The notes under the pieces: generated by a model | Database searches by the model: none | What the model saw: the letters and a program-made list of their open reading frames with translations, nothing else | What the model was told of the DNA's origin: nothing | From: Candidatus Omnitrophota bacterium | GTDB lineage: Bacteria > Omnitrophota > Gorgyraeia > Gygaellales > Profunditerraquicolaceae | Length of the DNA stretch: 58,649 nucleotides | Direction of reading: 5' to 3' | Assembly: GCA_030650425.1 (NCBI GenBank) | Contig: JAUSED010000001.1 | Location: forward strand, 1-58,649 | Part shown: positions 44,822 through 52,892 of the stretch, one piece after another | Numbering within the stretch: the first letter of the stretch is position 1 | Layout of the letters: every line of letters begins with the position of its first letter | Made by a program: the position numbers and the translations under genes

Positions 44822-45481
44822 ATGTTAGTCAACAGGAAGGCCCAGACGATCACGGAGTTGGCGGTATTAGGCTCGTTGATTATTGTGGCTTTTGCTTTCT
44901 TAATTAATTACAGCGAAAAAATTAACCGTCAGCAGGCTTATCTCCAGCAAACCTTTCGGCTGGCGTTAAAGGAAGCCAAGAATGCCAATAATTCCGCGTC
45001 TTATAATAAGGTTGTCTTTAACCGGATGCCCAATGTATCTAATCCGATGGAGCTGGGCCAAGTGCAGTCTTTTAGTAATAGTTCTAATGTTTTGTGGGCA
45101 GATGGAAAGAACAGGAATCCCGACGGCACGCCAAAGGATGGTGTATCCAAATACCAGCTTAATGAGGCCTCTGCGATAGATGTGCCGATAACCAAAAGCC
45201 AAAACCCGCCGGCTAGCGGAACAACTGCAACCAGTACGAATACTTTTACTAACACCGTAAATACCACGACTACTTTTGTGAAAAATGAAACTCCCGGTGG
45301 AATAATTACTACCACCAAGACCCTCAATGCCACAGATACCTTAGATGCCACTGTAACCGTTGGCACTAACCCACAGACTTTTACGCATAAGTTAGGGGGT
45401 GGTTCTCTAGAGGAAGGAGGAGGAGGTAAGTATTATCCGGACAATTCAAAGACTTTGGAGCGCACAAGGAGTATGCAATAA
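44822..45481 (+). CDS. TadE/TadF-like pseudopilin
   Basis: RKAQTITELAVLGSLIIVAFAFLI N-terminus. T/N-rich C-terminal part. Confidence 0.55.
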   Translation: MLVNRKAQTITELAVLGSLIIVAFAFLINYSEKINRQQAYLQQTFRLALKEAKNANNSASYNKVVFNRMPNVSNPMELGQVQSFSNSSNVLWADGKNRNPDGTPKDGVSKYQLNEASAIDVPITKSQNPPASGTTATSTNTFTNTVNTTTTFVKNETPGGIITTTKTLNATDTLDATVTVGTNPQTFTHKLGGGSLEEGGGGKYYPDNSKTLERTRSMQ

Positions 45482-46395
45482 TGCGGGCAATGACGCGAGG
45501 CCAGGCAACGCTGGAATTTACGCTAGTCTTTATAGTAATGGCAGTGTTGCTGATAGGTTTACTGAGTTTGTGGAAGTGGTCTAGCGATAACATTGTTAAG
45601 CGTCAGCTAAGCTATAATGCCAGCCGAGCGCAGGAAGGTTCGCGTTCGGCTGGTTTATCGCAAGGTACCGCCGCGCTCCCTGCGTTGACAGATAAAGATA
45701 AACAGTCTCTCTTAGATACTCTGCAAGCGGAGTCTGATTCTTTCCCATCGTTGTCTTTAGATCAGCTAACTGCTGATTTAGAAAGGACGGATAAGGCTAT
45801 CCAAGATCTGCAAGCCAGCCTGTCTACTCTGGTAGGCTTCAGGGATGGTTGGCAAAAGGATTTTGAAGATGCCCAACAGGCAGAGGCGGACAGCCAACAA
45901 AAAATCGATGCCTTAAAGGCTCAGATAGCCTCGCTTGAAGAGCAAAAACTAAATCCGCAAACAGCAGGTTATGATGAATCCGGGCAGCTGATCTATGTAG
46001 ATTATGACGGGCAAATTAATGCGTTGAATCAAGAAATAGCCAAAACCCAAAACGGCTATTACACTATTGAAACCACCTCTTGGAATGAGAGTGGTCCTAC
46101 AACGGTCGCTACTTATGACTACTCTAATACGCAATGGATGAGTAGATTTGGCACAAGGGAGGAATGGGCCAAGGATTATTCGATCTACCATCAGTACGGG
46201 GCTTCCGAAGGAAGCGCTACCGGGCTGTATGCCAATTATACTCCCGGCCTGCTTGACTGGCAGGCAAGGAAAGATTACGCCCAGCAGCAAAGAGATACTT
46301 TTCAATCTAGCGTAACTAGCACCGCAAGCGTCTTATCTGGGATGCAAGATATGCAGAGTAAGCTTCAGAAAGCGAAGGAGAGTAAGTCCCAGTAA
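45481..46395 (+). CDS. TadE-like pseudopilin with coiled-coil extension
   Basis: RGQATLEFTLVFIVMAVLLIGLL (TadE-type motif), followed by a Q/E/A-rich coiled coil. Confidence 0.6.
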   Translation: MRAMTRGQATLEFTLVFIVMAVLLIGLLSLWKWSSDNIVKRQLSYNASRAQEGSRSAGLSQGTAALPALTDKDKQSLLDTLQAESDSFPSLSLDQLTADLERTDKAIQDLQASLSTLVGFRDGWQKDFEDAQQAEADSQQKIDALKAQIASLEEQKLNPQTAGYDESGQLIYVDYDGQINALNQEIAKTQNGYYTIETTSWNESGPTTVATYDYSNTQWMSRFGTREEWAKDYSIYHQYGASEGSATGLYANYTPGLLDWQARKDYAQQQRDTFQSSVTSTASVLSGMQDMQSKLQKAKESKSQ

Positions 46396-46406
46396 TAGGG
46401 GATAGT

Positions 46407-46460
46407 AGTAGGGGACATTTTCCTACACGCGTTTACTAGCTGTTGGAAAGTGTCCCCTAC
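46407..46460. repeat. REP-B-related element between the pseudopilin genes
   Basis: AGTAGGGGACATTTTCCTACACGCGTTTACTAGC..GGAAAGTGTCCCCTAC. Confidence 0.8.
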
Positions 46461-46485
46461 TTGCCCTACTTGAAACGGAGGCAAT

Positions 46486-48102
46486 TTGTTTTTTTTCTGG
46501 TTCACAAAAAATAAGCAGTTTAGCCAAAGAAGCAATCTCTCAGGCCAGATTGTTCCTTTTTTGCTGGTGGTTTTAGTCATTCTGCTGGTTGCTGCTGTTG
46601 CTACTATTAACATTGGCAGGGTTTCTTTGGATAAGACCTGCTCGGCAAATGCCGCGGATGCCGGCGCGCTTGCCGCTGCTTCGGCCTGGGCCTCGGCGTT
46701 TAATACGCTCACCGAAATCAACGGGGATCCGACACCAGGAGGCTTGGAGTATAGTTATGATCTGAATTATTCTGCTTATACCCTACTTAAGGCTGAGGCA
46801 GACCAACATTTAAAAGAAGCAATGAAGAAGGCTGAAGAAGCCAGCGCATACGCAGCCGCAGCGCTTGGGAGTGGGAGCGTATTGCCGGGAAGCGTATTAC
46901 CAGAAAAAGATCTGCCAGATTGTATCTCTATTTGGTATAGAGGTATAGCAGCTGCTACTGCGGATAGCCTGGGTGCTTTGGCTGCCCTTGACGCTTCTAT
47001 CGCAACGAAGGCTTTTGGTATGACTATTCAATATATGCAGTCACTGACAGATTCTTTTTATGAGCAGCAACAGAAGACTTTTTGCGATGCAGTAGCCTTT
47101 ATGGACAGTTCTTATATTGACGCCCGCAAAACCGGGCTAACTTATGCTTTTAATAACAGCTGTATACCGAATAAGCTTTCCGAGAGCCAAACTGACGCGT
47201 TTAGCATTTGGGGGGGTTCAGAAACCGCTTATGGCAAGGAGGGCGACTCTTTTTTTGGAACTGAGTATAAGCTTGATGATGAAGGCAGGTATACCAGAAA
47301 ATGCGAATGGAAGGATAAATTAAACCAAACGCATATTGTTAATGCCAAACTGGATTTACCCAAAATAACCTCTTATGAACTTCAGCATACTCAGGGTAAT
47401 TATTCGCAGATCAGCGCTCTATTAGACGATTTGATCAGCGATTCGCAGTCAATTTCCGACAAGTTAAATAGTACTGCGGGTGTCTTGGGCGCAACAGCAG
47501 CCGCGTATATAGCTACTTTTGTAGCTAGTATAGTTGCCTTTGCAGCTTCTTTTTGTAAAGATTCATATCCATATAATTGTTTTCCTGCATGGATGGCTGC
47601 GTGTAAAGTGACTTGGTGGTTGTATGATGGCGCGCATTTATCCCAAAGCGTTATAGTCGCTGGGCTTACAATTATTCTTGGAGTTGTGGCAGCAGTTTCC
47701 TTGGGTTCACTAAAATCCGATAATAATACAGCCTATGATTATTGGGGTCCGGATGGGAACCAATCCCTTGCCACTTGTCTTACCTGCGCGCCTTGTAAGA
47801 GTGACGCGCCTGAGCATTGTAAACCTTGCTGGGAGGCGAAAGACCTGATGATTAAGAAGATTAACGACGTAATCTTAACTAAAGACGCAAGCTGGCCTAC
47901 CAAAGACTGGACTACTCTTTGCACAACAACCCAGAAGCATCCCGGAACAAGCTCAGGTATTATTTTGGCTACTGAATATCCGGAGATAACCAGCAGCAGC
48001 CGGGCGAAATTTGATGTTGGAAATAGGGATGCTGGAGATGAGGGTAGAGACGTGGGTGACTATAACGATACTTATGACGCGAGCATAGTGCATACGAACT
48101 AG
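46486..48102 (+). CDS. TadG-like protein (Tad_N-type N-terminus, Cys-rich C-terminal region)
   Basis: SGQIVPFLLVVLVILLVAAVATINIGRVSLDKTCSANAADAGALAAASA matches the TadG N-terminal pattern. TTG start 5 nt after GGAGG. C-terminal CLTCAPCKSDAPEHCKPC. Confidence 0.6.
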   Translation: MFFFWFTKNKQFSQRSNLSGQIVPFLLVVLVILLVAAVATINIGRVSLDKTCSANAADAGALAAASAWASAFNTLTEINGDPTPGGLEYSYDLNYSAYTLLKAEADQHLKEAMKKAEEASAYAAAALGSGSVLPGSVLPEKDLPDCISIWYRGIAAATADSLGALAALDASIATKAFGMTIQYMQSLTDSFYEQQQKTFCDAVAFMDSSYIDARKTGLTYAFNNSCIPNKLSESQTDAFSIWGGSETAYGKEGDSFFGTEYKLDDEGRYTRKCEWKDKLNQTHIVNAKLDLPKITSYELQHTQGNYSQISALLDDLISDSQSISDKLNSTAGVLGATAAAYIATFVASIVAFAASFCKDSYPYNCFPAWMAACKVTWWLYDGAHLSQSVIVAGLTIILGVVAAVSLGSLKSDNNTAYDYWGPDGNQSLATCLTCAPCKSDAPEHCKPCWEAKDLMIKKINDVILTKDASWPTKDWTTLCTTTQKHPGTSSGIILATEYPEITSSSRAKFDVGNRDAGDEGRDVGDYNDTYDASIVHTN

Positions 48103-48110
48103 TGAAAAAA

Positions 48111-48151
48111 GAAAAGGTGACAGTCACGCATTTCGTGACTGTCACCTTTTC
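48111..48151 (+). terminator. Long palindromic hairpin (about 17-bp stem)
   Basis: GAAAAGGTGACAGTCACG-CATT-CGTGACTGTCACCTTTTC. Confidence 0.5.
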
Positions 48152-48167
48152 CTGAAAAGGAGATGCG

Positions 48168-48938
48168 ATGAAAAAAATTATCTGCACAATTTTATTTTTT
48201 GCATTTGTGTCTTTTGGTTCCTTAACTTGGGCCGCTGAATCAGACTTACCTTTGCCCGCTAACGCTGTCAAGACTACGGAACAGAGTATGAATATTGGGC
48301 CTATTCCAAGCGTTACGCAAACTTACGAAACCTCTCTGAATAACAACGATAAGATAAGCGCATTTTATAGTAAGGCGTTAGCGCGCCTTGGTTGGCGTGA
48401 AGAAAGCAGAGGGTTTTTCTTAAAAGATGATTATATGGTTCTGATTGTCGTTTTTCCGCGTAAGGGCAAAGATATCAAGACGCGGTTTTCTATCACCACC
48501 AGTAGGATACCGACTAAAGAAGAAATATTGGCGCAGCGCAAAACTAAACCGGACAAGTTAGATTTTATGCCGATTTATCCCGGGAGTGAACAGGTTTTTC
48601 TTTGGGATATGCCGACAGGTCTTTCCGCTTCCTACGAAACAAAAAGCGATATAAAAGATGTGGTTTTCTTTTACAAATCTGGTATGCTTAATTATGGCTG
48701 GAGCTTGAGCAGTGAAGCGCCGATAACTACAGAAGCAGTTAATTGTCCGGAGTGCCTTAAAGCGCTGGTTCAGCTTCCTAAAGATGCGATTAAGCCTGTT
48801 ACCCCGGATACCTCTAGTAAAGCGAGCCTCATCTTTCGCAAAGGGAGCGGAGAGAGCTGTACCATAAGGCTTTATCAGAGTATGGATAAAACCACAATTT
48901 TAGTCACTTATAATGCGAATAAAAAAATTAACCTATAA
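48168..48938 (+). CDS. Exported hypothetical protein with an internal two-module duplication
   Basis: Signal peptide FFAFVSFGSLTWA-AE. Repeated pattern (..ISAFYSKALARLGWREES.. and ..VVFFYKSGMLNYGWSLSSE..). Confidence 0.5.
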   Translation: MKKIICTILFFAFVSFGSLTWAAESDLPLPANAVKTTEQSMNIGPIPSVTQTYETSLNNNDKISAFYSKALARLGWREESRGFFLKDDYMVLIVVFPRKGKDIKTRFSITTSRIPTKEEILAQRKTKPDKLDFMPIYPGSEQVFLWDMPTGLSASYETKSDIKDVVFFYKSGMLNYGWSLSSEAPITTEAVNCPECLKALVQLPKDAIKPVTPDTSSKASLIFRKGSGESCTIRLYQSMDKTTILVTYNANKKINL

Positions 48939-49206
48939 TGAAAAAGGGGACGGTTCTATTTTCAAGATTGGTAGGGGAGGTTTAAACCTCCCCTACCCTA
49001 GAAAAATAGAACCGTCTCATTTTTTCGCTAAAGCTCAGTCGATTCTAGAATATATAACCATCATTGCCGTGATTGCCGCTGTGTTTATCGCGATGGGAGC
49101 GTATTATAAAAGGAGCCTGCAGGCCCGTTACCGTCAAGCGGGGGATGTCTTAGGCGGCGGAGAACAATATACTCCTGTTGCTAACGCGCCGACATTAGGT
49201 AAGTAA
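48913..49206 (+). CDS. Flp-type prepilin paralog 8 with a palindromic repeat inside its leader-coding region (start uncertain; possible pseudogene)
   Basis: AKAQSILEYITIIAVIAAVFIAMGAYYKRSLQARYRQ is clearly paralogous to pilins 4-7. The only in-frame canonical start upstream is the ATG at 48913, so the leader would read through repeat 48947-49017. Confidence 0.5.
   Translation: MRIKKLTYNEKGDGSIFKIGRGGLNLPYPRKIEPSHFFAKAQSILEYITIIAVIAAVFIAMGAYYKRSLQARYRQAGDVLGGGEQYTPVANAPTLGK
48947..49017. repeat. Nested palindromic element
   Basis: GGGACGGTTCTATTTT..GTAGGGGAGGTTTAAACCTCCCCTAC..AAAATAGAACCGTCTC. Confidence 0.8.
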
Positions 49207-49214
49207 AACAAAAG

Positions 49215-50060
49215 ATGATTATAATAATTAGTCTTTTCATTATCCTTTCCGTAGTTTTAATTGCCTGGAGCGCCTTTCCTCTCTTTTTGAAGCCGATAGA
49301 AAGCTGGCGGCAGGAAAAAGAAGCCAAGGTCGCTCAACAGATGGATCAGATGTTTTATGATAAGAGCCCCAAGGCGATTGTCCGGCTCTATTTTATTCTT
49401 CCGATTCTCTTTGGCGCGGCAGGATATTTTATTCTCCAGTCTTATATCCCAGTGGTTATCGGGATTGTTTTAGGTCTAGCCATACCTAACTTAATCTTAA
49501 AGATACGTTTAGCCCGCCGGAAACAGAAATTTAATGATCAGCTTTTGGATACTATTACCATGCTCTCCAGCTGTTTAAAAGGCGGTTTAAGTCTTTTACA
49601 GGGATTTGAGGTTTTGGTAGAAGAGATGCCCGCGCCGATGAATCAGGAACTTGGCTTATTGCTTAAGGAGAACAAAATGGGTGTGCCCTTTGAAGAGAGC
49701 TTGGTTCGCTTAAATAAAAGGATGGATATCGAAGAACTGGGGTTGGTAGTCAACGCGCTCTTAGTTTCCCGGGAGACCGGCGGAGAGCTGACCAAGGTCT
49801 TTAGCCGCCTGACCACGACGATTAGGGATAACCGTAAGCTCAAAGAAAGCATTAAGACCTTGACTATGCAGGGAAGATTACAGGGCGCGATTATGTCGCT
49901 CCTTCCGATTTTGTTTGTTATTTGGGTACTTTCAGTGGACAAGCATCATTTTGATATCATGCTGACCAGCGATATAGGCAGGATGCTTTTGGTGTTGGCG
50001 GTGGTATTACAGGTGGTGGGGATGTTTTTAATCCGTAAATTTAGCATAATCAAGATTTAA
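49215..50060 (+). CDS. tadB: Tad inner-membrane platform protein TadB (T2SS-F family)
   Basis: QLLDTITMLSSCLKGGLSLLQGFEVLVEEMPAPMNQELGLL, with flanking TM segments. Confidence 0.8.
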   Translation: MIIIISLFIILSVVLIAWSAFPLFLKPIESWRQEKEAKVAQQMDQMFYDKSPKAIVRLYFILPILFGAAGYFILQSYIPVVIGIVLGLAIPNLILKIRLARRKQKFNDQLLDTITMLSSCLKGGLSLLQGFEVLVEEMPAPMNQELGLLLKENKMGVPFEESLVRLNKRMDIEELGLVVNALLVSRETGGELTKVFSRLTTTIRDNRKLKESIKTLTMQGRLQGAIMSLLPILFVIWVLSVDKHHFDIMLTSDIGRMLLVLAVVLQVVGMFLIRKFSIIKI

Positions 50061-50062
50061 AT

Positions 50063-50920
50063 ATGGATATACTGATTTATCTTTTAATCATTCTGGCGTT
50101 GGGCCTGATTGTTTGGAGTTTAGTCCTCTCCCAACAAGGCAGGAGCACGCGTCTTCCCCCGTTAAACGTTAACCTTAAGCGGACCAGGCCGCATATTCTT
50201 TTATCAAGCATTCTTCCGACGAGAGGTTTGCTTGAGAAAACAGGTATCTTTGCCAGAATAAAAAGAAAAATCGACGCGGGGCATTTAAATATCAGCCCGG
50301 AGGGATTCTTTAATTTAAAAATATTGATTATGGCGGTTTTAGCCGCGCTTACGCCGGTTGCCTTGGGCAAGGTTGATCCCATATATATATTGGTTGCTTT
50401 AGTTATCGGGTATATCGCCCCGGAATTTTATCTAAGACAAAGGATTGCCAAACGTAAGTATCAAATCGTCCGTCGGCTTCCGGAGACAGTGGATCTTTTA
50501 GGCCTTTGCATCGAAGCCGGCCTGGATTTTTCCAGTGCCGTCAGGTGGGTGATTGATAAGACCCCTCCAACTCCCATTAATGAGGAGTTTAGCCTTGTTT
50601 TAGAAGAGATCAAATGGGGTAAGCCGCGCATTCAAGCCTTAAAAGACATGTCCAGCAGGCTAGATATACCTGAAGTAAGTTCTTTTGTGCAAACGATTAT
50701 TCAGGCTGAGCGGATGGGTTCTCCGGTTGCCGAGGTCTTTACTATTCTTTCCGAGGATGTCCGGCTGCAAAGGTTTCACCGCGGAGAAAGAATCGCGCTA
50801 CAGGCGCCGATCAAGATACTCCTGCCGCTTATTTTCTTCATTATGCCGGTAATCGGTATCATTATCGGCGGCCCGATCTTCCTGCAATTCACCATGGGCA
50901 AAATGATCCCCGGTTTCTAA
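50063..50920 (+). CDS. tadC: Tad inner-membrane platform protein TadC (T2SS-F family)
   Basis: RRLPETVDLLGLCIEAGLDFSSAVRWV..IKWGKPRIQALKDM, with TM segments at both ends. Confidence 0.8.
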   Translation: MDILIYLLIILALGLIVWSLVLSQQGRSTRLPPLNVNLKRTRPHILLSSILPTRGLLEKTGIFARIKRKIDAGHLNISPEGFFNLKILIMAVLAALTPVALGKVDPIYILVALVIGYIAPEFYLRQRIAKRKYQIVRRLPETVDLLGLCIEAGLDFSSAVRWVIDKTPPTPINEEFSLVLEEIKWGKPRIQALKDMSSRLDIPEVSSFVQTIIQAERMGSPVAEVFTILSEDVRLQRFHRGERIALQAPIKILLPLIFFIMPVIGIIIGGPIFLQFTMGKMIPGF

Positions 50921-50922
50921 TT

Positions 50923-51005
50923 CCCGTGTAGGGGACACTTTCCGTCAGGGTTCTTACTAAACTACTAAAGGAAAGTGTCCCCTACACGCGGGAAACTGTC
51001 CCCCC
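50923..51005. repeat. REP-B element
   Basis: CCCGTGTAGGGGACACTTTCCGTCAGGG...GGAAAGTGTCCCCTACACGCGGG plus GAAACTGTCCCCC. Confidence 0.85.
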
Positions 51006-51028
51006 TGCCTATCTGGTTATTATTTAAT

Positions 51029-51056
51029 TTGGTATTTGTGATAATATTGCTATAAT
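51029..51056 (+). promoter_or_regulatory. Sigma70-type promoter with extended -10, near-leaderless for the porin gene
   Basis: TTGGTA (51029-51034), 16 nt, TGcTATAAT (-10 at 51051-51056). 9 nt to the ATG at 51066, no SD. Confidence 0.45.
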
Positions 51057-51065
51057 ACTGATTTA

Positions 51066-52235
51066 ATGATTACCCGTTGGATTATTCGCTCAAGCCTTTC
51101 TTTAATAATCCTAGCTCTATCTTCCCCTTCATTATCTGCCGCACCCACAGCCTTAGAAATAGCCGCGCAATTTAATAAATCCAGAGAAGGTTTTGCCAAT
51201 AAATACGGGACGCGGTTTGCCTTTCTTTTTAATTACACCCAGCAGCTCATTTTGAAAAGCAGCTCAGAAAAAGGAAAGAGCGGCGGCGTTGGGTATGGGA
51301 ACTTAGAGTTGGCCCAGAGGCTTTGGCAGGGCGCGGAGTTATTCGCGGAATTTGAAGTGGACCGGGGTAAAGGAGTGGATAAGTTTTTGCCTACCTTCTC
51401 GGGCTTGAATGACAACTCAGGGGAGGATGCCAATCTTTACCTCCCTGTTTTATATATGGACCAAAAACTTTTTGATGAGAAAATATTAATCGGCGCCGGA
51501 AAATTGGATTTATCCTATTGGTTTGATGGTAATGAAGCGGCGAACTCCGCGGATACACAATTTCTATCCAGCGCTTTAGTGAATAGTTTAACTCTTCCTT
51601 TTCCGTCCAAGGGAATAGGCGCGATGGCAAGCTTCGAGCCCTGCGAGTGGGTCTATTTTCAGACAGGGGTAGCTACAGCCAAGGCAAAGTCCACTAAAAC
51701 AGGATTACCTGACGCTTTTAATAGCGCGTTTGTTCTTAATGAATTGGGTTTTACCCCGAAGATTGGGAAATTGCAAGGGAACTACCGTTTTATTTTTAAT
51801 CTCAATCATGAAAAGTTAGAATACGTTAATAAGAGCGATGAAAGCAAAAAAAATGATTTTGGTTTCGCTGTAAGTTTTGATCAGGCGATTACTAAGCGCA
51901 TAACTTTATTTTTGCGCTATGGTTTGGCTGATCCGAAAGTAAGAGACATTGAACATTACTGGTCCTGCGGAGGCCAGCTATCCCAACCTATACCCGGCCG
52001 TAAACTTGACATTCTGGGAATAGGCATAGCCCAATCTATTTTTGGCGATGATTTTCGCGAAGCAAACGGAGAAGATACAGCCAGCCGCGAAACTATTTAC
52101 GAAGCCTACTACAGTTACAATGTAAATGACGCCATCGCCCTAACCCCGAGTATCCAGATAGTCACTGATCCCAATGGCGATAAAACAGCCGAAACTGCAA
52201 TTGTCTGCGGCCTTAGATTTCTTCTTAGTTTTTAG
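51066..52235 (+). CDS. OprB-like carbohydrate-selective porin
   Basis: Signal peptide. LWQGAELFAEFEV..NLYLPVLYMDQKLFDEKILIGAGKLDLSYWFD..DTQFLSSALVNS follows the OprB family pattern as I remember it. C-terminal F (..RFLLSF). Confidence 0.55.
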   Translation: MITRWIIRSSLSLIILALSSPSLSAAPTALEIAAQFNKSREGFANKYGTRFAFLFNYTQQLILKSSSEKGKSGGVGYGNLELAQRLWQGAELFAEFEVDRGKGVDKFLPTFSGLNDNSGEDANLYLPVLYMDQKLFDEKILIGAGKLDLSYWFDGNEAANSADTQFLSSALVNSLTLPFPSKGIGAMASFEPCEWVYFQTGVATAKAKSTKTGLPDAFNSAFVLNELGFTPKIGKLQGNYRFIFNLNHEKLEYVNKSDESKKNDFGFAVSFDQAITKRITLFLRYGLADPKVRDIEHYWSCGGQLSQPIPGRKLDILGIGIAQSIFGDDFREANGEDTASRETIYEAYYSYNVNDAIALTPSIQIVTDPNGDKTAETAIVCGLRFLLSF

Positions 52236-52241
52236 CCAAAA

Positions 52242-52361
52242 TAATGTCCAATCTCGCTCAGGGGACACTTTCCTTTTGAGGCTTTTATTAGAGTCCTGAC
52301 GGAAAGTGTCCCCTACTGTTGAGCACAGAAATGTCCAATCTGCCTAATAAATGTCCAATCT
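52242..52361 (+). promoter_or_regulatory. Three copies of the 13-nt motif (T/A)AATGTCCAATCT
   Basis: 52242-52254 (TAATGTCCAATCT), 52329-52341 and 52349-52361 (both AAATGTCCAATCT). Confidence 0.7.
52259..52316. repeat. REP-B element (inverted relative to 30483-30538)
   Basis: CAGGGGACACTTTCCTTTTGAGGCTTTTATTAGAGTCCTGACGGAAAGTGTCCCCTAC. Confidence 0.85.
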
Positions 52362-52407
52362 GGATACTCTTGTAAAATGCACTACTTCGGGCCTTCCTCA
52401 GAATGTA

Positions 52408-52515
52408 AAAGGGGACACTTACCTTTGCGTCAGAAAGGGACATTTTCCTTTTGAAGTTCTAGTGAGAGCCATGACGGAAAGTGTCCCTTTCTGCAGAGGT
52501 TGGAAAGTGTCCCCT
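52408..52515. repeat. Cluster of degenerate REP-B units
   Basis: AAAGGGGACACTTACC..AGGGACATTTTCCTTTTGAAG..GACGGAAAGTGTCCC..TGGAAAGTGTCCCCTG. Confidence 0.75.
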
Positions 52516-52575
52516 GACTGCTTGAGCGCCTTTTTCCTGATAAGAAAGCGCTACCAAAATGACCTCATTTTCTAC

Positions 52576-52603
52576 TTGACAGCGACGAGCTACGTGTTAT
52601 ACT
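52576..52603 (+). promoter_or_regulatory. Strong sigma70-type promoter with extended -10, about 290 nt upstream of the giant ORF
   Basis: TTGACA (52576-52581), 16 nt, TGtTATACT (-10 at 52598-52603). Confidence 0.6.
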
Positions 52604-52892
52604 TAGAATGTAATCGATGGAAAGGAACGAAATGGCAAACCCAGAGCAATCTGGAGGCGCAAAGCCACGGGTCCTCGATAATTTAAAGCAACGATTTTCA
52701 CAGGATAGCCGGGCTGCCGAATTACCGACGAGGAATTTGACAGTTCGGTTTTTTATTTGTAAGTTTAGTAAGGCATTTTACAAACTCTTTATAAAACAAA
52801 TATGAAAGATTCTCACACGCAATTTGAAAAAGTGCTGGGGGTAAGGGGGAGATTATATTCAATTTCTTTTTCATATAGTAATATAAAATAAA

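Noticed and set aside
52240-52520. Possible CRISPR array (several similar ~13-nt GGGGACACTTTCC repeats at short spacing)
   Set aside because: The repeats occur as inverted arms of palindromes with irregular spacing. They belong to the dispersed REP-B family seen elsewhere in the window, and no cas genes are present.
52351-52686. 111-aa plus-strand ORF starting MSNLDTL
   Set aside because: Its ATG is part of a 13-nt motif copy. The frame runs through REP-B repeats and across the 52576-52603 promoter, so it is very unlikely to be a gene.
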